Shown: piece by piece, positions 43,001 to 55,800 of the stretch
Numbering within the stretch: the first letter of the stretch is position 1
Layout: the number at the start of each line of letters is the position of its first letter
NCBI RefSeq assembly: GCF_009914755.1
Contig: NC_060925.1
Length of the DNA: 64,000 nucleotides
Strand: one strand, 5' to 3'
Source of the DNA: the human T2T-CHM13v2.0 reference genome, Homo sapiens
Program-made: the position numbers and the translations under genes
Notes under the pieces: model-generated
What the model was told of the DNA's origin: nothing
Database searches by the model: none
Seen by the model: the letters and a program-made list of their open reading frames with translations, nothing else

Positions 43001-46000
43001 AATGGAATCATCTAATGGAATGGAATGGAATAATCCATGGACTCGAATGCAATCATCATCGAATGGAATCGAATGGAATCATCGAATGGACTCGAATGGA
43101 ATAATCATTGAACGGAATCGAATGGAATCATCATCGGATGGAAATGAAAGGAGTCATCATCTAATGGAATTGCATGGAATCATCATAAAATGGAATCGAG
43201 TGGAATCAACATCAAATGGAATCAAATGGAATCATTGAACGGAATTGAATGGAATCGTCATCGAATGAATTGAATGCAATCATCGAATGGTCTCGAATGG
43301 AATCATCTTCAAATGGAATGGAATGGAATCATCGCATAGAATCGAATGGAATTATCATCGAATGGAATCGAATGGAATCAACATCAAACGGAAAAATACG
43401 GAATTATCGAATGGAATCGAAGAGAATCATCGAATGGACCCGAATGGAATCATCTAATGGAATGGAATGGAATAATCCATGGGCTCGAATGCAATCATCA
43501 TCGAATGGAATCGAATGGAATCATTGAAAGGACTCGAATGGAATAATCATTGAACGGAATCGAATGGAATCATCATCGGATGGAAATGAATGGAATCATC
43601 ATCGAATGGAATCGAATAGAATTATGGAATGAAATCCAGTGTGATCATCATCGAATGGACCCGAATGGAATCATCATCCAACGGATGCTAATGGAATCAA
43701 CATCGAATGAATCAAATGGAAACACCATCGAATTGAAACGAATGGAATTACCATGAAATTGAAATGGATGGACTCATCATCGAATGGATTCGAAAGGAAT
43801 CATCGAATAAAATTGATTGAAATCATCATCGAATGGAATCGAATGGTATCATTGAATGGAATCGAATGGAATCATCATCAGATGGAAATGAATGGAATCG
43901 TCATAGAATGGAATCGAATGGATTCATTGAATGGAATCAGATGGAATCATCGAATGGACTGGAATGGAATCATTGAATGGACTCGAAAGAGATCATGATT
44001 GAATGGAATTGAATGGAATCATCGAATGGTCTCGATTGGAATCATTATCAAATGGAATCGAATGGAATCACCGAATAGAATCGAATGGAACAATCATCGA
44101 ATGGACTCAAATGGAATTATCCTCAAATGGAATCGAATGGAATTATCGAATGCAATCGAATGGAATTATCGAATGCAATCGAATAGAATCATCGAATGGA
44201 CTCGAATGGATTCATCGAATGGAATGGAATGGAAAAGTCAATGAACACGAATGGAATCATCACTGAATGGAATCGAATGGAATCATCGAGTGGAATCGAA
44301 TGGAATTATGATCAAATGGAATCGAATGTAATCATCATCAAATGGAATCAAAAATAACCATCATCAATTGGTATTGAATGGAATTGTTATCAAATGGAAT
44401 TCAAAGGAATCATCATCAAATGGAACTGAATGGAATCCTCATTGAATGGAAATGAAAGGGGTCATCATCTAATGGAATAGCATGGAATAATCATCAAATG
44501 GAATCGAATGGAATCATCATCAAATGGAATCTAATGGAATCATTGAAAAGAATTGAATGGAATCATCATCGAATGAATTGAATGCAATCATCGAATGGTC
44601 TCGAATGGAATCATCTTATAATGGAAAGGAATGGAATCATCGCATAGAATCGAATGGAATTAACATTGAATGGACTCGAATGGAATCAACATCAAATGGA
44701 ATCAAGCGGAATTATCGAATGAAATCGAAGAGAATCATCGAATGGACTCGAATGGAATCATCTAGTGGAATGGAATGGAATAATCCATGGACTCGAATGC
44801 AATCATCATCGTATAGAATCGAATGGAATCATCGAATGGACTCGAATGGAATAACCATTGAACGGAATCAAATGGAATCATCATCGGATGGAAACGAATG
44901 GAATCATCATCGAATGGAAATGAAAGGAGTCATCATCTAATGGAATTGCATGGAATCATCATAAAATGGAATCGAATGGAATCATCATCAAATGGAATCA
45001 AATGGAATCATTGAACGGAATTGAATGGAATCGTCATCGAATGAATTGAATGCAATCATCGAATGGTCTCGAATGGAATCATCTTCAAATGGAATGGAAT
45101 GGAATCATCGCATAGAATCGAATGGAATTAATATCGAATGGAATCGAATGGTATCAACATCAAACGGAAAATAACGGAATTATCGAATGGAATCGAAGAG
45201 AATCTTCGAACGTACCCGAATGGAATCATCTAATGGAGTGGAATGGAATAATCCATGGACTCGAATGCAATCATCATCGAATGGAATCGAATGGAATCAT
45301 CGAATGGACTCGAATGGAATAATCATTGAACGGAATCGAATGGAATCATCATCGGATGGAAATGAATGGAATCATCATCGAATGGAATCGAATAGAATTA
45401 TGGAATGAAATCCAGTGTGATCATCATCGAATGGACCCGAATGGAATCATCATCCAACGGAAGCTAATGGAATCAACATCGAATGAATCGAATGGAAACA
45501 CCATCGAATTGAAACGAATGGAATTATCATGAAATTGAAATGGATGGACTCATCATCGAATGGATTCGAATGGAATCATCGAATAAAATTGATTGAAATT
45601 ATCATCAAATGGAATCGAATGGTATCATTGAATGGAATCGAATGGAATCATCATCAGATGGAAATGAATGGAATCGTCATAGAATGGAATCGAATGGATT
45701 CATTGAATGGAATCAGATGGAATCATCGAATGGACTGGAATGGAATCATTGAATGGACTCGAAAGGGATCATGATTGAATGGAATTGAATGGAATCATCG
45801 AATGGTCTCGATTGGAATCATTATCAAATGGAATCGAATGGAATCACCGAATAGAATCGAATGGAACAATCATCGAATGGACTCAAATGGAATTATCCTC
45901 AAATGGAATCGAATGGAATTATCGAATGCAATCGAATGGAATTATCGAATGCAATCGAATAGAATCATCGAATGGACTCGAATGGAATCATCGAATGGAA

Positions 46001-49000
46001 TGGAATGGAACAGTCAATGAACTCGAATGGAATCATCATTGAATGGAATCGAATGGAATCATCGAGTGGAATCGAATGGAATTATGATCAAATGGAATCG
46101 AATGTAATCATCATCAAATGGAATCAAAAATAACCATCATCAATTGGTATTGAATGGAATTGTCATCAAATGGAATTCAAAGGAAACATCATCAAATGGA
46201 ACCGAATGGAATCCTCATTGAATGGAAATGAAAGGGGTCATCATCTAATGGAATCGCATGGAATCATCATCAAATGGAATCGAATGGAATCATCATCAAA
46301 TGGAATCTAATGGAATCATTGAACAGAATTTAATGGAATCGTCATCGAATGAATTGAATGCAATCATCGAATGGTCTCGAATGGAACCATCTTCTAATGG
46401 AAAGGAATGGAATCATCGCATAGAATCGAATGGAATTGTCATCGAATGGAATCGAATGGTATCAACACCAAACGGAAAAAAACGGAAATATCGAATGGAA
46501 TCGAAGAGAATCTTCGAACGGACCCGAATGGAATCATCTAATGGAATGGAATGGAATAATCCATGGACTCGAATGCAATCATCATCGAATGGAATCGAAT
46601 GGAATCATCGAATGGACTCGAATGGAATAATCATTGAACGGAATCGAATGGAATCATCATCGGATGGAAACGAATGGAATCATCATCGAATGGAAATGAA
46701 AGGAGTCATCATCTAATGGAATTGCATGGAATCATCATCAAATGGAATCGAATGGAATCAACATCAAATGGAATCAAATGGAATCATTGAACGGAATTGA
46801 ATGGAATCGTCATTGAATGAATTGAATGCAATCATCGAATGGTCTCGAATGGAATCATCTTCAAATGGAATGGAATGGAATCATCGCATAGAATCGAATG
46901 GAATTATCATCGAATGGAATCGAATGGAATCAACATCAAACGGAAAAAAACGGAATTATCGAATGGAATCGAAGAGAATCATCGAATGGACCCGAATGGA
47001 ATCATCTAATGGAATGGAATGGAATAATCCATGGACTCGAATGCAATCATCATCGAATGGAATCGAATGGAATCATCGAATGGACTCGAATGGAATAATC
47101 ATTGAACGGAATCGAATGGAATCATCATCGGATGGAAATGAATGGAATCATCATCGAATGGAATCGAATAGAATTATGGAATGAAATCCAGTGTGATCAT
47201 CATCGAATGGACCCGAATGGAATCATCATCCAACGGAAGCTAATGGAATCAACATCGAATGAATCAAATGGAAACACCATCGAATTGAAACGAATGGAAT
47301 TACTATGAAATTGAAATGGATGGACTCATCATCAAATGGATTCGAGTGGAATCATCGAATAAAATTGATTGAAATCATCATTTTATGGAATCGAATGGTA
47401 TCATTGAATGGAATCGAATGGAATCATCTTCAGATGGAAATGAAAGGAATCATCATAGAATGGAATCGAATGGATTCATTGAATGGAATCAGATGGAATC
47501 ATTGAATGGACTGGAATGGAATCATTGAATGGACTCGAAAGGGATCATTATTGAATGGAATTGAATGGAATCATCGAATGGTCTCGATTGGAATCATTAT
47601 CAAATGGAATCGAATGGAATCACCGAATAGAATCGAATGGAACAATCATCGAATGGACTCAAATGGAATTATCCTCAAATGGAATTGAATGGAATTATCG
47701 AATGCAATCGAATGGAATTATCGAATGCAATCGAATAGAATCACCGAATGGACTCGAATGGAATCATCGAATGGAATGGAATGGAACAGTCAATGAACTC
47801 GAATGGAATCATCATTGAATGGAATCGAATGGAATCATCGAGTGGAATCGAATGTAATCATCATCAAATGGAATCGAATGTAATCATCATCAAATGGAAT
47901 CAAAAATAACCATCATCAACTGGTATTGAATGGAATTCTCATCAAATGGAATTCAAAGGAATCATCATCAAATGGAACCGAATGGAATCCTCATTGAATG
48001 GAAATGAAAGGGGTCATCATCTAATGGAATCGCATGGAATCATCATCAAATGGAATCGAATGGAATCATCATCAAATGGAATCTAATGGAATCATTGAAA
48101 AGAATTGAATGGAATCGTCATCGAATGAATTGAATGCAATCATCGAATGGTCTCGAATGGAATCATCTTCTAATGGAAAGGAATGGAATCATCGCATAGA
48201 ATCGAATGGAATTATCATCGAATGGAATCGAATGGTATCAACACCAAACGGAAAAAAACGGAATTATCGGATGGAATCGAAGAGAATCTTCGAACGGACC
48301 CGAATGGAATCATCTAATGGAATGAAATGGAATAATCCATGGACTCGAATGCAATCATCATCGAATGGAATGGAATGGAATCATCGAATGGACTCGAATG
48401 GAATAATCATTGAACGGAATCGAATGGAATCATCATCGGATGGAAACGAATGGAATCATCATCGAATGGAAATGAAAGGAGTCATCATCTAATGGAATTG
48501 CATGGAATCATCATAAAATGGAATCGAATGGAATCAACATCAAATGGAATCAAATGGAATCATTGAACGGAATTGAATGGAATCGTCATCGAATGAATTG
48601 ACTGCAATCATCCAATGGTCTCGAATGGAATCATCTTCAAATGGAATGGAATGGAATCATCGCATAGAATCGAATGGAATTATCATCGAATGGAATCGAA
48701 TGGAATCAACATCCAACGGAAAAAAACGGAATTATCGAATGGAATCGAAGAGAATCATCGAATGGACCCGAATGGAATCATCTAATGGAATGGAATGGAA
48801 TAATCCATGGACTCGAATGCAATCATCATCGAATGGAATCGAATGGAATCATCGAATGGACTCGAATGGAATAATCATTGAACGGAATCGAATGGAATCA
48901 TCATCGGATGGAAATGAATGGAATCATCATCGAATGGAATCGAATAGAATTATGGAATGAAATCCAGTGTGATCATCATCGAATGGACCCGAATGGAATC

Positions 49001-49884
49001 ATCATCCAACGGAAGCTAATGGAATCAACATCGAATGAATCGAATGGAAACACCATCGAATTGAAACGAATGGAATTATCATGAAATTGAAATGGATGGA
49101 CTCATCATCGAATGGATTCGAATGGAATCATCGAATAAAATTGATTGAAATCATCATCGAATGGAATCGAATGGTATCATTGAATGGAATCGAATGGAAT
49201 CATCATCAGATGGAAATGAATGGAATCGTCATAGAATGGAATCGAATGGATTCATTGAATGGAATCAGATGGAATCATCGAATGGACTGGAATGGAATCA
49301 TTGAATGGACTCGAAAGGGATCATGATTGAATGGAATTGAATGGAATCATCGAATGGTCTCGATTGGAATCATTATCAAATGGAATCGAATGGAATCACC
49401 GAATAGAATCGAATGGAACAATCATCGAATGGACTCAAATGGAATTATCCTCCAATGGAATGGAATGGAATTATCGAATGCAATCGAATGGAATTATCGA
49501 ATGCAATCGAATAGAATCATCGAATGGACTCGAATGGAATCATCGAATGGAATGGAATGGAACAGTCAATGAACACGAATGGAATCATCATTGAATGGAA
49601 TCGAATGGAATCATCGAGTGGAATCGAATGGAATTATGATCAAATGGAATCGAATGTAATCATCATCAAATGGAATCAAAAATAACCATCATCAATTGGT
49701 ATTGAATGGAATTGTCATCAAATGGAATTCAAAGGAATCATCATCAAATGGAACCGAATGGAATCCTCATTGAATGGAAATGAAAGGGGTCATCATCTAA
49801 TGGAATCGCATGGAATCATCACCAAATGGAATCGAATGGAATCATCATCATATGGAATCTAATGGAATCATTGAACAGAATTGA
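25077..49884 (+). repeat. Regular HSat2 domain, 14 units of 1750-1776 bp
   Basis: Eleven spacings are 1776, two are 1750 (26853 to 28603; 42807 to 44557) and one is 1772 (30379 to 32151). Confidence 0.9.
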
Positions 49885-52800
49885 ATGGAATCGTCATCAA
49901 ATGAATTGAATGCAATCATCGAATGGTCTCGAATGGAATCATCTTCTAATGGAAAGGAATGGAATTATCGCATAGAATCGAATGGAATTATCATCGAATG
50001 GAATCGAATGGTATCAACACCAAACGGAAAAAAACGGAATTATCGAATGGAATCGAAGAGAATCTTCGAACGGACCCGAATGGAATCATCTAATGGAATG
50101 GAATGGAATAATCCATGGACTCGAATGCAATCATCATCGAATGGAATCGAATGGAATCATCGAATGGACTCGAATGGAATAATCATTGAACGGAATCGAA
50201 TGGAATCATCATCGGATGGAAATGAAAGGAGTCATCATCTAATGGAATTGCATGGAATCATCATAAAATGGAATCGAATTGAATCAACATCAAATGGAAT
50301 CAAATGGAATCATTGAACGGAATTGAATGGAATCGTCATCGAATGAATTGAATGCAATCATCGAATGGTCTCGAATGGAATCATCTTCAAATGGAATGGA
50401 ATGGAATCATCGCATAGAATCGAATGGAATTATCATCGAATGGAATCGAATGGAATCAACATCAAACGGAAAAATACGGAATTATCGAATGGAATCGAAG
50501 AGAATCATCGAATGGACCCGAATGGAATCATCTAATGGAATGGAATGGAATAATCCATGGACTCGAATGCAATCATCATCGAATGGAATCGAATGGAATC
50601 ATCGAATGGACACGTATGGAATAATCATTGAACGGAATCGAATGGCATCGTCATCGGATGGAAATGAATGGAATCATCATCGAATGGAATCGAATAGAAT
50701 TATGGAATGAAATCCAGTGTGATCATCATCGAATGGACCCGAATGGAATCATCATCCAACGGAAGCTAATGGAATCAACATCGAATGAATCGAATGGAAA
50801 CACCATCGAATTGAAACGAATGGAATTACCATGAAATTGAAATGGATGGACTCATCATCGAATGGATTCGAATGGAATCATCGAATAAAATTGATTGAAA
50901 TCATAATCGAATGGAATCGAATGGTATCATTGAATTGAATCGAATGGAATCATCATCAGATGGAAATGAATGGAATCGTCATAGAATGGAATCGAATGGA
51001 TTCATTGAATGGAATCAGATGGAATCATCGAATGGACTGGAAAGGAATCATTGAATGGACTCGAAAGGGATCATTATTGAATGGAATTGAATGGAATCAT
51101 CGAATGGTCTCGATTGGAATCATTATCAAATGGAATCGAATGGATTCACCGAATAGAATCGAATGGAACAATCATCGAATGGACTCAAATGGAATTATCC
51201 TCAAATGGAATCGAATGGAATCATCGAATGGACTCGAATGGAATCATCGAATGGAATGGAATGGAACAGTCAATGAACTCGAATGGAATCATCATTGAAT
51301 GGAATCGAATGGAATCATCGAGTGGAATCGAAAGGAATTATGACCAAATGGAATCGAATGTAATCATCATCAAATGGAATCAAAAATAACCATCATCAAT
51401 TGGTATTGAATGGAATTGTCATCAAATGGAATTCAAAGGAATCATCATCAAATGGAACCGAATGGAATCCTCATTGAATGGAAATGAAAGGGGTCATCAT
51501 CTAATGGAATCGCATGGAATCATCATCAAATGGAATCGAATGGAATCATCATCAAATGGAATCAAATGGAATCATTGAACAGAATTGAATGGAATGGTCA
51601 TCGAATGAGTTGAATGCAATCATCGAATTGTCTCGAATGGAATCATCTTCTAATGGAAAGGAATGGAATCATCGCATAGAATCGAATGGAATTATCATCG
51701 AATGGAATCGAATGGTATCAACACCAAACGGAAAAAAACGGAATTATCGAATGGAATCGAAGAGAATCTTCGAACGGACCCGAATGGAATCATCTAATGG
51801 AATGGAATGGAATAATCCATGGACTCGAATGCAATCATCATCGAATGGAATCGAATGGAATCATCGAATGGACTCGAATGGAATAATCATTGAACGGAAT
51901 CGAATGGAATCATCATCGGATGGAAACGAATGGAATCATCATCGAATGGAAATGAAAGGAGTCATCATCTAATGGAATTGCATGGAATCATCATAAAATG
52001 GAATCGAATGGAATCATCATCAAATGGAATCAAATGGAATCATTGAACGGAATTGAATGGAATCGTCATCGAATGAATTGAATGCAATCATCGAATGGTC
52101 TCGAATGGAATCATCTTCAAATGGAATGGAATGGAATCATCGCATAGAATCGAATGGAATTATCATCGAATGGAATCGAATGGAATCAACATCAAACGGA
52201 AAAAAACGGAATTATCGAATGGAATCGAAGAGAATCATCGAATGGACCCGAATGGAATCATCTAATGGAATGGAATGGAATAATCCATGGACTCGAATGC
52301 AATCATCATCGAATGGAATCGAATGGAATCATCGAATGGACTCGAATGGAATAATCATTGAACGGAATCGAATGGAATCATCATCGGATGGAAATGAAAG
52401 GAGTCATCATCTAATGGAATTGCATGGAATCATCATAAAATGGAATCGAATGGAATCAACATCAAATGGAATCAAATGGAATCATTGAACGGAATTGAAT
52501 GGAATCGTCATCGAATGAATTGAAAGCAATCATCGAATGGTCTCGAATGGAATCATCTTCAAATGGAATGGAATGGAATCATCGCATAGAATCGAATGGA
52601 ATTATCATCGAATGGAATCGAATGGAATCAACATCAAACGGAAAAAAACGGAATTATCGAATGGAATCGAAGAGAATCATCGAATGGACCCGAATGGAAT
52701 CATCTAATGGAATGGAATGGAATAATCCATGGACTCGAATGCAATCATCATCGAATGGAATCGAATGGAATCATCGAATGGACTCGAATGGAATAATCAT

Positions 52801-55800
52801 TGAACGGAATCGAATGGAATCATCATCGGATGGAAATGAATGGAATCATCATCGAATGGAATCGAATAGAATTATGGAATGAAATCCAGTGTGATCATCA
52901 TCGAATGGACCCGAATGGAATCATCATCCAACGGAAGCTAATGGAATCAACATCGAATGAATCAAATGGAAACACCATCGAATTGAAACGAAAGGAATTA
53001 CCATGAAATTGAAATGGATGGACTCATCATCGAATGGATTCGAATGGAATCATCGAATAAAATTGATTGAAATCATCATCGAATGGAATCGAATGGTATC
53101 ATTGAATGGAATCGAATGCAATCATCATCAGATGGAAATGAATGGAATCGTCATAGAATGGAATCGAATGGATTCATTGAATGGAATCAGATGGAATCAT
53201 CGAATGGACTGGAATGGAATCATTGAATGGACTCGAAAGGGATCATTATTGAATGGAATTGAATGGAATCATCGAATGGTCTCGATTGGAATCATTATCA
53301 AATGGAATCGAATGGAATCACCGAATAGAATCGAATGGAACAATCATCGAATGGACACAAATGGAATTATCCTTAAATGGAATCGAATGGAATTATCGAA
53401 TGCAATCGAATGGAATTATCGAATGCAATCGAATAGAATCATCGAATGGACTCGAATGGAATCATCGAATGGAATGCAATGGAACAGTCAATGAACTCGA
53501 ATGGAATCATCATTGAATGGAATCGAATGGAATCATCGAGTGGAATCGAAAGGAATTATGACCAAATGGAATCGAATGTAATCATCATCAAATGGAATCA
53601 AAAATAACCATCATCAATTGGTATTGAATGGAATTGTCATGAAATGGAATTCAAAGGAATCATCATCAAATGGAACCGAATGGAATCCTCATTGAATGGA
53701 AATGAAAGGGGTCATCATCTAATGGAATCGCATGGAATCATCATCAAATGGAATCGAATGGAATCATCATCAAATGGAATCTAATGGAATCATTGAAAAG
53801 AATTGAATGGAATCGTCATCGAATGAATTGAATGCAATCATCGAATGGTCTCGAATGGAATCATCTTCAAATGGAATGGAATGGAATCATCGCATAGAAT
53901 CGAATGGAATTATCATCGAATGGAATCGAATGGAATCAACATCTAACGGAAAAAAACGGAATTATCGAATGGAATCGAAGAGAATCATCGAATGGACCCG
54001 AATGGAATCATCTAATGGAATGGAATGGAATAATCCATGGACTCGAATGCAATCATCATCGAATGGAATCGAATGGAATCATCGAATGGACTCGAATGGA
54101 ATAATCATTGAACGGAATCGAATGGAATCATCATTGGATGGAAACGAATGGAATCATCATCGAATGGAAATGAAAGGAGTCATCATCTAATGGAATTGCA
54201 TGGAATCATCATAAAATGGAATCGAATGGAATCAACATCAAATGGAATCAAATGGAATCATTGAACGGAATTGAATGGAATCGTCATCGAATGAATTGAA
54301 TGCAATCATCGAATGGTCTCGAATGGAATCATCTTCAAATGGAATGGAATGGAATCATCGCATAGAATCGAATGGAATTATCATCGAATGGATTCGAATG
54401 GTATCAACATCAAACGGAAAAAAACGGAATTATCGAATGGAATCAAAGAGAATCTTCGAACGGACCCGAATGGAATCATCTAATGGAATGGAATGGAATA
54501 ATCCATGGACTCGAATGCAATCATCATCGAATGGAATCGAATGGAATCATTGAAAGGACTCGTATGGAATAATCATTGAACGGAATCGAATGGAATCATC
54601 ATCGGATGGAAATGAATGGAATCATCATCGAATGGAATCGAATAGAATTATGGAATGAAATCCAGTGTGATCATCATCGAATGGACCCGAATGGAATCAT
54701 CATCCAACGGAAGCTAATGGAATCAACATCCAATGAATCGAATGGAAACACCATCGAATTGAAACGAATGGAATTATCATGAAATTGAAATGGATGGACT
54801 CATCATCGAATGGATTCGAATGGAATCATCGAATAAAATTGATTGAAATCATCATCGAATGGAATCGAATGGTATCATTGAATGGAATCGAATGGAATCA
54901 TCATCAGATGGAAATGAATGGAATCGTCATAGAATGGAATCGAATGGATTCATTGAATGGAATCAGATGGAATCATCGAATGGACTGGAATGGAATCATT
55001 GAATGGACTCGAAAGGGATCATTATTGAATGGAATTGAATGGAATCATCGAATGGTCTCGATTGGAATCATTATCAAATGGAATCGAATGGAATCACCGA
55101 ATAGAATCGAATGGAACAATCATCGAATGGACTCAAATGGAATTATCCTCAAATAGAATCGAATGGAATTATCGAAAGCAATCGAATGGAATTATCAAAT
55201 GCAATCGAATAGAATCATCGAATGGACTCGAATGGAATCATCGAATGGAATGGAATGGAACAGTCAATAAACTCGAATGGAATCATCATTGAATGGAATC
55301 GAATGGAATCATCGAGTGGAATCGAATGGAATTATGATCAAATGGAATCGAATGTAATCATCATCAAATGGAATCAAAAATAACCATCATCAATTGGTAT
55401 TGAATGGAATTGTCATCAAATGGAATTCAAAGGAATCATCATCAAATGGAACCGAATGGAATCCTCATTGAATGGAAATGAAAGGGGTCATCATCTAATG
55501 GAATCGCATGGAATCATCATCAAATGGAATCGAATGGAATCATCATCAAATGGAATCTAATGGAATCATTGAACAGAATTGAATGGAATCGTCATCGAAT
55601 GAATTGAATGCAATCATCGAATGGTCATCAAATGGAATTCAAAGGAATCATCATCAAATGGAACCGAATGGAATCCTCATTGAATGGAAATGAAAGGGGT
55701 CATCATCTAATGGAATCGCATGGAATCATCATCAAATGGAATCGAATGGAATCACCATCAAATGGAATCTAATGGAATCATTGAACAGAATTGAATGGAA

